From Candidatus Cloacimonadales bacterium (GTDB lineage Bacteria; Cloacimonadota; Cloacimonadia; Cloacimonadales; JAFGVF01), in assembly GCA_963667035.1 (NCBI GenBank), contig OY762964.1, forward strand, positions 2,336,001 to 2,400,000: DNA of 64,000 nucleotides. Reading direction: 5' to 3'. Numbering within the stretch: position 1 is the stretch's first letter; every line of letters starts with the position of its first letter. Below the pieces are notes generated by a model. It was not told where the DNA came from, did no database searches, and worked only from the letters and a program-made list of their open reading frames with translations. This document shows positions 22,775 to 31,911 of this stretch, one piece after another. A program made the position numbers and the translations under genes.

Positions 22775-23299
22775 TTATTTTTTAATTTCTACTTGATCGG
22801 CACTTACTTCAACAGGAGTTATTCTTCCGAATACAGTGACATTCACGGTCAGGCGAACCCCATCTCCATCCAGTTTGTCAACGACTCCTTCAAAGTCCAT
22901 AAAAGGACCGGAGATAATATTAACATGATCACCCGGCAGGATTTCGTGCATGGAAGAGCTTCCTTGATCGCGGTTATCAATACCAAGAAGACGATCGACT
23001 TCGTCTTTTGGAAGAGCTATCGGATTCTTTCCGTAGCCCAGAATATGAGTTACACCACTAACATTTAAGATGTAAGTCTTCACTTCAGGGGTTAAATCTG
23101 CTTCAACTATGATATAGCTATTGAATAGCTTTTTCTCACGTTCAATCTTCTTCCCATCACGAATGTGAAAAGTCTTCTGCGTTGGAACCAGTATTCTTCC
23201 TATCTTCCCTTCGATAGGAGTATTAAGGATACCTTTTTCTATGGTCTCCTTAACCCGGTTCTCATGGGAATAATAGGTGTGTACAACATACCATTTCAT
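22775..23299 (-). CDS. nusG: Transcription elongation factor NusG
   Basis: KWYVVHT, KOW motif GPFMDFEG, VFGRITPVE. Confidence 0.97.
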   Translation of the reverse strand: MKWYVVHTYYSHENRVKETIEKGILNTPIEGKIGRILVPTQKTFHIRDGKKIEREKKLFNSYIIVEADLTPEVKTYILNVSGVTHILGYGKNPIALPKDEVDRLLGIDNRDQGSSSMHEILPGDHVNIISGPFMDFEGVVDKLDGDGVRLTVNVTVFGRITPVEVSADQVEIKK

Positions 23300-23319
23300 A
23301 ACTTGGGTTCCTGTTTTGC

Positions 23320-23508
23320 TTAATATCCGAAGATTACCTTATTGATTAAAAGTTTAAATACCAAATCTACAAGAAACAAAAATACTGCTGTAATGATTGA
23401 CATTACAACTACGGCTGTTGTTCCCTCCACCAAATCGGCTCTTGTTGGCCAACTGACAGATTTCAATTCGGTTCTAACTTCCTTCAAAAACTTTACTAGT
23501 TTATTCAT
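23320..23508 (-). CDS. secE: Preprotein translocase subunit SecE
   Basis: ELKSVSWPT plus one TM helix; position in the operon. Confidence 0.95.
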   Translation of the reverse strand: MNKLVKFLKEVRTELKSVSWPTRADLVEGTTAVVVMSIITAVFLFLVDLVFKLLINKVIFGY

Positions 23509-23555
23509 ACAACGCTCACATCTTAAACTATAGGATTATAATAAAAAGCCTAATA

Positions 23556-23583
23556 AGTCAGCGAAACTTTCGCTTCGCTGACT
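23556..23583 (-). promoter_or_regulatory. Hairpin between tRNA-Trp and secE
   Basis: 10-bp perfect stem AGTCAGCGAA/TTCGCTGACT. Confidence 0.5.
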
Positions 23584-23596
23584 CAAGCTTTATATT

Positions 23597-23672
23597 TGGC
23601 AGGACAGGCAGGACTCGAACCCGCAACACCTGGTTTTGGAGACCAGTGCTCTACCAATTGAACTACTGTCCT
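23597..23672 (-). tRNA. trnW: tRNA-Trp (CCA)
   Basis: 76-nt cloverleaf AGGACAG...CTCCAAA anticodon loop...GTTCGAG...CCA. Confidence 0.97.
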
Positions 23673-23681
23673 GTATAACCA

Positions 23682-23831
23682 CTATTTGTTTTGTTTATGG
23701 TTAGTATGCTTCCGACAAGTTGGGCAATATTTCTTTAATGCCAATCTCTCCGGATGCTTTCTTTTGTTTTTTGTAGTAGTGTAATTTCTATTCTTACACT
23801 CCTGACATTCGAGAATAATAATATCTCTCAT
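23682..23831 (-). CDS. rpmG: 50S ribosomal protein L33, zinc-ribbon form (49 aa, absent from the ORF track)
   Basis: Manual translation: [49 protein letters not shown]. Confidence 0.97.
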   Translation of the reverse strand: MRDIIILECQECKNRNYTTTKNKRKHPERLALKKYCPTCRKHTNHKQNK

Positions 23832-23842
23832 CTATCTGCACC

Positions 23843-25027
23843 TTATTCGATGATTGTTCCGACAACTCCGGCACCGATAGTTCTTCCGCCTTCGCGGATA
23901 GCATAACGAAGACCTTGCTCCATAGCGATAGGAGTAATAAGTTCACCGGTGATTTCTAAGTTATCACCAGGCATAACCATTTCTACTCCTTCAGGTAAGT
24001 GCAATGATCCGGTAACATCTGTTGTTCTGAAATAGAACTGAGGACGATAGCCGTCGAAGAATGGTTTATGACGTCCACCCTCATCCTTTGTAAGGATATA
24101 GGTTTTGCCACTGAATTTTGTATGAGGTTTAACGCTCTTTGGTTTAGCGAGAACCATTCCACGTTCGATATCTTCTTTACCCATACCACGAAGCAACATA
24201 CCGATATTGTCACCGGCTTGTGCTTGATCCATAATTTTACGGAACATTTCAACACCTGTACAAGTTGTTTCGATTGTTTCACGAATACCAACTCTTTCAA
24301 CTTTGTCCTGCATTTTGATGATTCCACGCTCAACACGACCGGTAGCAACTGTACCACGGCCAGGAATTGAGAATACATCTTCAACAGGCATAAGGAAAGG
24401 CTGATCAACTGCACGATCAGGTTCCGGAATATAAGAGTCAACAGCGTCGATCAATTCCTGGACCTGAGCTTCACCCTCAGGATCTCCGTTAAGAGCCTTA
24501 AGAGCTGAACCTTTGATGATAGGGATATCATCACCAGGGAAATCGTATGTTGAAAGAAGGTCTCTAACTTCCATTTCTACAAGTTCGAGAAGCTCTTCAT
24601 CATCAACAAGGTCAACTTTGTTGAGGAAAACGACCATAGCTGGAACACCAACCTGGCGAGCGAGCAAGATGTGCTCACGAGTCTGAGGCATAGGACCGTC
24701 AGCCGCACTAACAACAAGAATAGCACCGTCCATCTGTGCTGCACCTGTGATCATGTTTTTAACATAGTCAGCGTGACCAGGGCAGTCGACGTGTGCATAG
24801 TGACGGATTTCTGATTCGTATTCAACGTGAGCTGTAGCGATTGTTATACCACGAGCTTTTTCTTCTGGTGCGTTATCAATTGAATCGAACGATCTGAATT
24901 GCGCACCGCTTTTTTTACTGAGATACAAAGTCATTGCGGCTGTTAAAGTAGTTTTACCATGGTCAACATGACCAATGGTTCCTACATTAACATGGGGCTT
25001 GGTGCGTACAAATTTCTGTTTTGCCAT
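23843..25027 (-). CDS. tuf: Elongation factor Tu
   Basis: [28 protein letters not shown]. Confidence 0.99.
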   Translation of the reverse strand: MAKQKFVRTKPHVNVGTIGHVDHGKTTLTAAMTLYLSKKSGAQFRSFDSIDNAPEEKARGITIATAHVEYESEIRHYAHVDCPGHADYVKNMITGAAQMDGAILVVSAADGPMPQTREHILLARQVGVPAMVVFLNKVDLVDDEELLELVEMEVRDLLSTYDFPGDDIPIIKGSALKALNGDPEGEAQVQELIDAVDSYIPEPDRAVDQPFLMPVEDVFSIPGRGTVATGRVERGIIKMQDKVERVGIRETIETTCTGVEMFRKIMDQAQAGDNIGMLLRGMGKEDIERGMVLAKPKSVKPHTKFSGKTYILTKDEGGRHKPFFDGYRPQFYFRTTDVTGSLHLPEGVEMVMPGDNLEITGELITPIAMEQGLRYAIREGGRTIGAGVVGTIIE

Positions 25028-25085
25028 TTCTCCTCCCAGAGGTAATGTAGTTGTATTAGTTTTTTTATATTTCTATAAATAACAA

Positions 25086-25161
25086 TGGAGCTCATGATCG
25101 GACTTGAACCGATGACCTCGTCCTTACCAAGGAAGTGCTCTACCGGCTGAGCTACATGAGC
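25086..25161 (-). tRNA. trnT: tRNA-Thr (GGT)
   Basis: GCTCATG...TTGGTAA loop...CATGAGCTCCA. Confidence 0.96.
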
Positions 25162-25174
25162 TTGTATAAAATAT

Positions 25175-25251
25175 TGGAGCGGGAGACGGGATTCGAACCC
25201 GCGACCCTCAGCTTGGAAGGCTGATGCTCTAGCCAACTGAGCTACTCCCGC
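25175..25251 (-). tRNA. trnG: tRNA-Gly (TCC)
   Basis: GCGGGAG...CTTCCAA loop...CTCCCGCTCCA. Confidence 0.97.
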
Positions 25252-25282
25252 AAACATAACTGCGACTTTACATAAAAATAAA

Positions 25283-25368
25283 TGGTGGAGAGGGAAGGAT
25301 TTGAACCTTCGAAGGCGTCCGCCGACAGATTTACAGTCTGTTCCCTTTGACCACTCGGGAACCTCTCC
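25283..25368 (-). tRNA. trnY: tRNA-Tyr (GTA)
   Basis: GGAGAGG...CTGTAAA loop, long variable arm, CCA end. Confidence 0.97.
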
Positions 25369-25374
25369 ACTTTA

Positions 25375-25449
25375 TGGAGCCGAAGAAGGGAATCGAACCC
25401 CCAACCTAGTGATTACAAATCACTTGCTCTACCGTTGAGCTACTTCGGC
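25375..25449 (-). tRNA. trnT: tRNA-Thr (TGT)
   Basis: GCCGAAG...TTTGTAA loop...CTTCGGCTCCA. Confidence 0.96.
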
Positions 25450-25464
25450 TCGTCATGTTGCGTC

Positions 25465-25492
25465 ATAAAACTTTTCGCTTTCTCTATGTCAA
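25465..25492 (-). promoter_or_regulatory. Putative promoter of the tRNA-tuf-rpo superoperon
   Basis: TTGACA-16 nt-TTTTAT just upstream of the first tRNA. A second TTGACA lies at 25588-25593. Confidence 0.45.
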
Positions 25493-25875
25493 GATATTTT
25501 ACATCTTTTTTATTGCTCATCCACACACTATGCATACTTCAAATATCTTTTGCAATATCATCGCAAAAAATAAAACCACTTGCATTATGTCAAATTTTTT
25601 TTCTTAACCTTTACTAAACCTTTTGTTAACTATGAAATTACATCTTAACTTTTACTCGCTAACTTCTGCTCATATCGCAATTCTATTCTCTTTTTTTCTT
25701 CATTAAATACACCTTTGTTTTTTCCGTCAGAACAAGAATTCTTTTGATACACTTGAGATCACACTAACTGTATTTTCTGCTTTTTAGCTTTTCTGTAGCG
25801 GAAATTTGATTCTACACATCAAAAAATCTACCCCACTTCATCAATCAATAAAGGTTGAGTCCTGATGTGATACTT

Positions 25876-25995
25876 CCAACCACCAATTTTTCGAAAGTTT
25901 TTCTCCCATTTTTCTCTCGTTTCTATCTCGTTGCGAGCAACGGGAGACCAACGGGAGAGCAACGGGAGACTAACCCGAGAGAAACCCGTGGTTGG
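25876..25995. repeat. 11-bp-period inverted repeat array (element 1)
   Basis: Right arm GCAACGGGAGA/CCAACGGGAGA/GCAACGGGAGA/CTAACCCGAGA/GAAACCCGTGG. The left arm holds degenerate reverse-complement units. Outer CCAACCAC/GTGGTTGG pair is symmetric about 25935.5. Confidence 0.85.
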
Positions 25996-26136
25996 TGGAC
26001 GAGCAAAAGGATTCATTAATGGTATAGAAATGGGACCAAAATAGGAGATAAATAGAAATTGAGGAAATGCTGTTTTACCTTGCAATTTTTAAACCAGTTG
26101 AAAGCTCCACATATCATTTTGCAAGAACTATAAAAG

Positions 26137-26167
26137 CACTATTTATTCAATATGTTTATAAATAGTG
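26137..26167. repeat. 10-bp inverted repeat with 11-nt spacer
   Basis: CACTATTTAT ... ATAAATAGTG. Confidence 0.55.
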
Positions 26168-26196
26168 AATTGCGTACCTCATGTCTACATTAAGCC

Positions 26197-26251
26197 GGGT
26201 ACGCAAGCTTCCAGCTCGCATTAGGAGATGCCGACAGGATGCCGGCGTACC
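26197..26251. repeat. Inverted REP-like doublet (GGTAC, 7-bp GC stem, TCC loop)
   Basis: GGTAC-GCAAGCT-TCC-AGCTCGC-A, and on the minus strand GGTAC-GCCGGCA-TCC-TGTCGGC-A. Confidence 0.7.
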
Positions 26252-26257
26252 AATCGT

Positions 26258-26301
26258 AGTGCATGTGCCCTCACTTGCACATAGCTCAAAGAGCTATACT
26301 A
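26258..26301. repeat. 44-bp direct repeat, copy 1 (double hairpin; contains the gene's stop codon)
   Basis: AGTGCATGTGCCCTCACTTGCACATAGCTCAAAGAGCTATACTA; 43/44 identical to 28480-28523. Confidence 0.95.
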
Positions 26302-28353
26302 CTTCATTAAAAGCATCTTATTACTTCTCTGTTCCCGCTCCGTTTTCACAACCGTGAAATATACACCGGTAGCTACAGTCCTATTATGCTCATCGGTTCC
26401 ATCCCATTTAAGAATATAGCCTCCTTGGGATTTGTAGCCTTTATAGAGTTGTTTTACTCTTTGTCCTCTGATATTGAAGATACTAACCTCTACTTCTCCA
26501 CTCTCAGGTATGGAATAACTAATAGTAGTTGAAGGATTAAAAGGATTGGGGAAGTTCGTAACTTTAATATTAGATACTTGAGGGGACACTTCATATTCAT
26601 CCGTGTAAGTTGTATTTGGCATTAAGTAGATATCAGCTTCATTCCAAGTATAAATTGAGCTAACACGTCTAGTTACATTTGTCGAGTCGTAGAATACTCT
26701 TTGTACAACAAAGTCATACATTCCGTGAACTAAGGGTAGTTCAAAATATCCGGTACTATCACTGACAACAAACTGACTATAGTCCTCGGCATTATGAATG
26801 AGTACATAAGGTACTATCTCTTCATTTCCAAGACACTTTCTTGTATAACCTCTGATTCCACCTAAAGCAGGTGCTCCATATTCATAAGGACCAATATCAG
26901 GTTGAGCAATTCCATCACCATCTCCATCCCAGAATCGTTCAGTAAATCCTCCTGCATAGTTACACCAGTTTAAGGTATCTACCCAACATCCGGCATCTAT
27001 TGCCGGTGAATCCGGTGCAGGTCTGAAATCTCTTCCTTCATAATCTACAAAGAGATTTGCTATACTATCAGGATCTACATATATGTTACCACCAAGATCA
27101 ATCATATTATCACCGGTAATCGGAAAATCTAAAATACAGTTTTTGAAGGACTTTACTCTTACCGGATATGCTGGTGCAATATTTTGATTTCCAACTATTA
27201 TATCGTTAAGATATCCAAGAGAAGTAGACCTAACTGCATATTGATTATCAATGCTAGCATTATTATGGTTATTAACTAATCCACCTAACGCACTATCTCC
27301 TGATACATTGTCATAAAACACTTGATTTGAGTTAACTATATTTGTCGGAAAACATGAAGCATTGTTATACTGATTGCTTATAAATGAACTTGATATTGTA
27401 GAAGGCATATTATTCCCTTCAAAATAATTGTCAATTACGTGGACTTCTCCTCCATATATTGAATCAAATCCACCAATAAACTTATTAGATCTTATATAGG
27501 CTTCATCAAAAATTCTAAGAGCTTGATGAGAATCAATAAACTCATTCTTATACACAAAATTATAATTGTCATTAAGACGAAAATTATAGTTAGTTGCATC
27601 CGTAGAGTTAAATGTGTTGAATGCTACTATGTTGCTATACAAAGTTGAGCGAAAATGATTTAAAAATTCATTATTTGCTACTAATCCACCATATATCTTG
27701 TAGTTATTCCAAAATATTAACATTGCTTCATTTGCATAAGGAATATCAGTATAAATTACTTCGTCAGTTGATTCAAATTTATTGTCAGTTATTTCTATCT
27801 GTTTATCGTGACATACACTCCAGACTGCTCCCCAACAATTGTAAAAACTACAGTGGTTAACAATTAAATTTGAACCATTCCCCTCAATTGCACCGCCTAA
27901 AGTATAGCCTATTCCCATACCGGTTCTGGAAGTATACTCAAATCTACAATATCTGAACACTCCCATATTACTCTCATAATCTAAGTAAATGTTACCCCAG
28001 AAAGTCTTATAACTACCGTTCATTCTTGTGAACAAGATGGGATTTTCTTCTGTTCCCTCGGCAATTATATTACCGTGACACCATATAATTTTACCTTCAT
28101 TATTACCTCCATTGTAATGATAACCGGAATTTAGTTCTTCAATATTCAAAATTCGTCTTGAATTAACATAAATCTCAGTACCGGGTAGGATAGTCAAAGT
28201 TACACCCTCATTAATAATCAGATTATTAGTAATTTGAACCGGATTATCAGTTGGACTCCAGATTGTATCCTGAGTCATTACTCCACCGACTTGTATTGAT
28301 GATAAGCTGATTATTAATGAAAAGAGTATTAATGATAATGTAAATCTTTTCAT
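26299..28353 (-). CDS. Secreted parallel beta-helix protein with carboxypeptidase-regulatory-like domain and FlgD-Ig/T9SS-type CTD
   Basis: Signal peptide, TLTILPGT/AEGTEENPILFT, Asn-rich coils, SPAIDAG..DGDGDG..DIGPYEY, NFPNPFNPSTTI..WDGTD..GVYF..KMLLMK. Confidence 0.85.
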   Translation of the reverse strand: MKRFTLSLILFSLIISLSSIQVGGVMTQDTIWSPTDNPVQITNNLIINEGVTLTILPGTEIYVNSRRILNIEELNSGYHYNGGNNEGKIIWCHGNIIAEGTEENPILFTRMNGSYKTFWGNIYLDYESNMGVFRYCRFEYTSRTGMGIGYTLGGAIEGNGSNLIVNHCSFYNCWGAVWSVCHDKQIEITDNKFESTDEVIYTDIPYANEAMLIFWNNYKIYGGLVANNEFLNHFRSTLYSNIVAFNTFNSTDATNYNFRLNDNYNFVYKNEFIDSHQALRIFDEAYIRSNKFIGGFDSIYGGEVHVIDNYFEGNNMPSTISSSFISNQYNNASCFPTNIVNSNQVFYDNVSGDSALGGLVNNHNNASIDNQYAVRSTSLGYLNDIIVGNQNIAPAYPVRVKSFKNCILDFPITGDNMIDLGGNIYVDPDSIANLFVDYEGRDFRPAPDSPAIDAGCWVDTLNWCNYAGGFTERFWDGDGDGIAQPDIGPYEYGAPALGGIRGYTRKCLGNEEIVPYVLIHNAEDYSQFVVSDSTGYFELPLVHGMYDFVVQRVFYDSTNVTRRVSSIYTWNEADIYLMPNTTYTDEYEVSPQVSNIKVTNFPNPFNPSTTISYSIPESGEVEVSIFNIRGQRVKQLYKGYKSQGGYILKWDGTDEHNRTVATGVYFTVVKTEREQRSNKMLLMK

Positions 28354-28369
28354 TGAACCTCCAAGACAT

Positions 28370-28398
28370 ATTATGTAATATATTAATAGTTATGTCAA
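28370..28398 (-). promoter_or_regulatory. Sigma70-type promoter of the 684-aa gene
   Basis: TTGACA-17 nt-CATAAT, then GGAGG before the ATG at 28353. Confidence 0.65.
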
Positions 28399-28450
28399 TA
28401 GAAAAGTACATTAGAGGAGTTGTGGCATATCTGCCGACTACGTCGTCACA

Positions 28451-28473
28451 GCAACTCAGGAGAGTTGCAGTAC
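28451..28473 (-). repeat. REP-like hairpin (GTAC-T-GCAACTC-tcct-GAGTTGC)
   Basis: 7-bp perfect stem led by a GTAC tetramer, back-to-back with direct repeat copy 2. Confidence 0.6.
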
Positions 28474-28479
28474 AATAGC

Positions 28480-28523
28480 AGTGCAAGTGCCCTCACTTGC
28501 ACATAGCTCAAAGAGCTATACTA
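28480..28523. repeat. 44-bp direct repeat, copy 2
   Basis: AGTGCAAGTGCCCTCACTTGCACATAGCTCAAAGAGCTATACTA; stems GTGCAAGTG/CACTTGCAC and ATAGCTC/GAGCTAT. Confidence 0.95.
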
Positions 28524-28549
28524 GTATAAAAGATTCTCAGGTAAACATT

Positions 28550-28584
28550 AAAACAAAATAGACCGGATAAACCGGTCTATTTTG
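28550..28584 (-). terminator. Terminator after the three-gene cohesin/dockerin operon
   Basis: 13-bp stem CAAAATAGACCGG-ataaa-CCGGTCTATTTTG with a T tail on the minus strand. Confidence 0.8.
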
Positions 28585-28611
28585 ATTATGTTTATGATAA
28601 CGAAATAATAA

Positions 28612-31600
28612 TTACTTCATTAATATCATTTTTCTTGTCCTTGTATATGGACCTGCATGAAGTTTATAGAAATAAACACCGCTGGCTACTCTTCTTCCTT
28701 CACTATCAACACCTTTCCAGACATAGCTATGTTGACCTGCGTTCAGAACATCGTTAACAAGAGTGGTAACCAACTGTCCTCTTTGATTGTAAATCTTCAA
28801 CTCGGTAGCACTTCTCTCTTTCAGATTGAAGCTTAGAGTTGTTTCAGGATTAAACGGATTAGGATAGTTACTATCCAGAACAGTTGAGTTTATTTGATTG
28901 ACCTCACCTTCAACAGATGTAGGAATCAAGCTTCCTGTGAAGACTTCGTCAAACATCAAGTAGTCAACAGTTACATCACTTTCTTCCTGATGACCCACAT
29001 TATTGAATCTGATTGAATAAACAGCATCATTAGTATTCAATTCGGTCACACTAAATCCACCGAGATAAAGTTCACCTTCTGTGCCTGCATTAACCATAAC
29101 AGGCATGTCTGCAAGATTAGAAACAACTTCAACATATTGAAGTTCTTCAGGATTATATCTTAACTTCATACCTGTAGATGAGAAATTATCCTCACAATAA
29201 ACATCAAGGCGAACTCCATTTCTATCTGTAATCAGCGGAACAATCTCCTGAATAGGAAGAGTTCTTGTAACTGTATTCGGATAGTTGCCGGAAGGATCTC
29301 CTATCGCAATAGCTGTGAAATCACGCGAATGCGGGCTGCTTAAAGTGATAGAAACATCTTCAGGAGTAAACATCCAATTACCTGCAGGGAATGAATCAAT
29401 GAGATTGATTGCATATTGAACCATCATAGCTGCATCATAAGCATCTGTTACATCATTACCGCTTACATCACCTGCAATAATCTGAGAACTGTTAAACGCC
29501 CATGTATTCAGAGCATATTGTGCTGTAATAGATGCATCATAAGGTGTTACAGTTAAGAAAGGAAGCTGGTCATCTTTCGATAAACTAAAACTATAATCAC
29601 CTGCATAAAGAGGATCAAAGGCAAAAGAACCATCATTAAGAGTAGATACGGAACCGGATTCAATTCCTTCGATAGATACATCCACACCTTGAATAGGAGC
29701 ATTCTCATTATAATAACTCACAGAACCCGATAAGGAATACTTGTTTCTGACAGTGAAAACTCCACTCTGCTGTGTGACGGGAATATCCGCATCATTAAAT
29801 ACAAATGAACTGAATCCCATGTTCCCGGTAATGAAGTCATTCTCTCCGCTATGTACATTGAAAAGCACATATATAAGGTTACCGTCTTCAGAAAGATTGG
29901 TAGCACTATAGCCATTAACATCTATTTGGCCTGGAATTGAATTATTATAGTTCACACTCCATGACTCCGATAATGTTCCATCGATTTCTATACCGGTAGC
30001 AACTAAAAGAGTCGGATCATAAACAAGGCTGAATTGCCAAGAGATGAAACCGAATCTATCATGAGCATTAGTTATATTAACCGGAACCATAACCTGATTT
30101 GCTGATTCGCCATAGGTATCTGCAACTTTTGCAGTAACTGGACCAACCATAACCTGTTCACTTGAATAAGCTGTAACGACAGGATTGACTCCATCATCGA
30201 TAACAGCTGAAATGTAATACAATCCATAAGGAACTTCAGATACATCCCATGTATAGGAATCAGTTGTTGAATCTTCTCTAATTGTACTAACAATTGTTAC
30301 TCCTGCATCAGTATTTACAGGAGTATAGCCTAAGGTTATAACAGCATCATCATCTATATCATAATCAGACCAAGTAATTTCAACTGTACTTGGATTCAAT
30401 ATAAGAGTATCAGGAGTTAATACTGTTACCTGTGGAGCCAAGTTTACAAGTGTAGCACCTGCAACAGGTTCAGTAGTTTGTGCACCTGTATAATCAGATA
30501 ATCCGTTTGTAAGAGTATAAAGCTCATCCTGAATATTATCTGTAGTTCCCCACCAGTTGCCTGTTAAGTCAACCGATGCAGTGTAATTTAAATTGATAGA
30601 TTGATAGTTCAATGACCCTATATCATATTCAATTTCTTCAATACGACCACTATATGAGTAGATAGAATATCCACCACACAGTACTCTTATATTAGATGTT
30701 GTAAGTGATGAGTCTATATTGAACCAAGCGTCATAGTTAGTATCAGTACTTGTATTAGTTCTTGTATAGCTCCAGAAGTTGTTACTATTCGTATCATAAG
30801 CTCTAAAATAGTAATCATCTGATGAACCGTTATGGTCAGCATAACCCGATGCATGAATTCTTGTAATCAGATTAATCGGAAGCAATGTTGAATAATAGCT
30901 ACTATAGCCACCTGCTGAATAAAGCTGAGAAGTAGGAATATCTTCAACGAAAAGATAAGAAGTAGGGTTTCCTCCATTATCATGTATCGAACAGCTATTA
31001 AATGCCATTGATGTTTCGTTCATAAGAAGAATGCCACTATTTCCATTACCAGTAATAACAGAGCTATCGGTTGTTCCATCATAAACACCATTTATATAGA
31101 TTCCAAAGATGGAGTTATCATTGATATCACAATCAGTAATTGTACCTGTACTGCCTGAACCTGTCTCTGTTAACGAAATTCCTTTTTCATCATTATATGA
31201 GATAGAGCTATTCAGCAATGTAAAATCACTATTGGTAACATTTAACCCACATTCCTGATTGCTTACAAGTCTTGAGTTACTTACTGTGATAGTAGCATCA
31301 CCGTTAACATCGAAACCATCAGAGCCATTATTACTTGAGAACAAACCATCAGCTAAAATTATTGCATTTGATGCAGCATAGATGCCATCGTCATCACAGT
31401 TTTTAATAATCACATCCGTAAGACTTAACTGACCGGAAACTGAATCATTAGCAATAATGCCAATGTTTCCACAATTCTTGATAGTAACATCGGTTAAAGA
31501 GAGATATTTTCCTTCTTCTGTGATACCATCATAAGCATATTCGATAACAGCACAATCAATTGTACTATAAACACTCGTAGGGTTATCATGAGTGATACCT

Positions 31601-31911
31601 TTCCAGTCACCGGGTTGCGGATTCGTTTCCCATGAAGTGAATGTAACAGGGTTGATTTCAGTACCATTAACATCAAGCCGACCATTAACGATAAAATCAA
31701 TATCACCTATACCATCATTAGCTACATCTATCTTTAAGAAGGATACAGTTACTCCAGGTTCAATAGTTAGTGTAATGTCTGTATCTATCCATACGTCACC
31801 TGTGATGATAATATCATTATCCCAAACCGTATTCTGTGTTATATGTCCTGAGAAGGCATTTAGTGAGAGACAAACTATTATTAATGTCATGATTGATAAT
31901 ATCTTTTTCAT
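28612..31911 (-). CDS. Secreted beta-helix / Ig / cohesin / dockerin-like protein with FlgD-Ig CTD (paralog B)
   Basis: N/D-G-I beta-helix coils, cohesin-like VPVNIT..SWQFSLVYDPTLL, dockerin-like TPYDAS..AGDVSGN..DAYDAAMMVQY, NYPNPFNPET..KMILMK. Confidence 0.85.
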   Translation of the reverse strand: MKKILSIMTLIIVCLSLNAFSGHITQNTVWDNDIIITGDVWIDTDITLTIEPGVTVSFLKIDVANDGIGDIDFIVNGRLDVNGTEINPVTFTSWETNPQPGDWKGITHDNPTSVYSTIDCAVIEYAYDGITEEGKYLSLTDVTIKNCGNIGIIANDSVSGQLSLTDVIIKNCDDDGIYAASNAIILADGLFSSNNGSDGFDVNGDATITVSNSRLVSNQECGLNVTNSDFTLLNSSISYNDEKGISLTETGSGSTGTITDCDINDNSIFGIYINGVYDGTTDSSVITGNGNSGILLMNETSMAFNSCSIHDNGGNPTSYLFVEDIPTSQLYSAGGYSSYYSTLLPINLITRIHASGYADHNGSSDDYYFRAYDTNSNNFWSYTRTNTSTDTNYDAWFNIDSSLTTSNIRVLCGGYSIYSYSGRIEEIEYDIGSLNYQSINLNYTASVDLTGNWWGTTDNIQDELYTLTNGLSDYTGAQTTEPVAGATLVNLAPQVTVLTPDTLILNPSTVEITWSDYDIDDDAVITLGYTPVNTDAGVTIVSTIREDSTTDSYTWDVSEVPYGLYYISAVIDDGVNPVVTAYSSEQVMVGPVTAKVADTYGESANQVMVPVNITNAHDRFGFISWQFSLVYDPTLLVATGIEIDGTLSESWSVNYNNSIPGQIDVNGYSATNLSEDGNLIYVLFNVHSGENDFITGNMGFSSFVFNDADIPVTQQSGVFTVRNKYSLSGSVSYYNENAPIQGVDVSIEGIESGSVSTLNDGSFAFDPLYAGDYSFSLSKDDQLPFLTVTPYDASITAQYALNTWAFNSSQIIAGDVSGNDVTDAYDAAMMVQYAINLIDSFPAGNWMFTPEDVSITLSSPHSRDFTAIAIGDPSGNYPNTVTRTLPIQEIVPLITDRNGVRLDVYCEDNFSSTGMKLRYNPEELQYVEVVSNLADMPVMVNAGTEGELYLGGFSVTELNTNDAVYSIRFNNVGHQEESDVTVDYLMFDEVFTGSLIPTSVEGEVNQINSTVLDSNYPNPFNPETTLSFNLKERSATELKIYNQRGQLVTTLVNDVLNAGQHSYVWKGVDSEGRRVASGVYFYKLHAGPYTRTRKMILMK

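Noticed and set aside
23983..24441. Alternative-frame and antisense ORFs over tuf, rpoB, rpoC, rplL and other core genes
   Set aside because: Shadows of conserved genes, explained by codon bias.
24982..25257. 91-aa ORF upstream of tuf
   Set aside because: Overlaps tRNA-Gly and tRNA-Thr.
25876..25995. CRISPR array (also 61984-62077 and the 44-bp repeats)
   Set aside because: No constant repeat with unique spacers and no cas genes.
25828..26085. 85-aa minus-strand ORF
   Set aside because: Runs through the 11-bp repeat element, no recognisable motif, probably spurious.
26258..28523. Integron attC cassette or IS element
   Set aside because: No clear attC core-site pair, and no integrase or transposase in the window. 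Kept only as a REP-like direct-repeat cassette.
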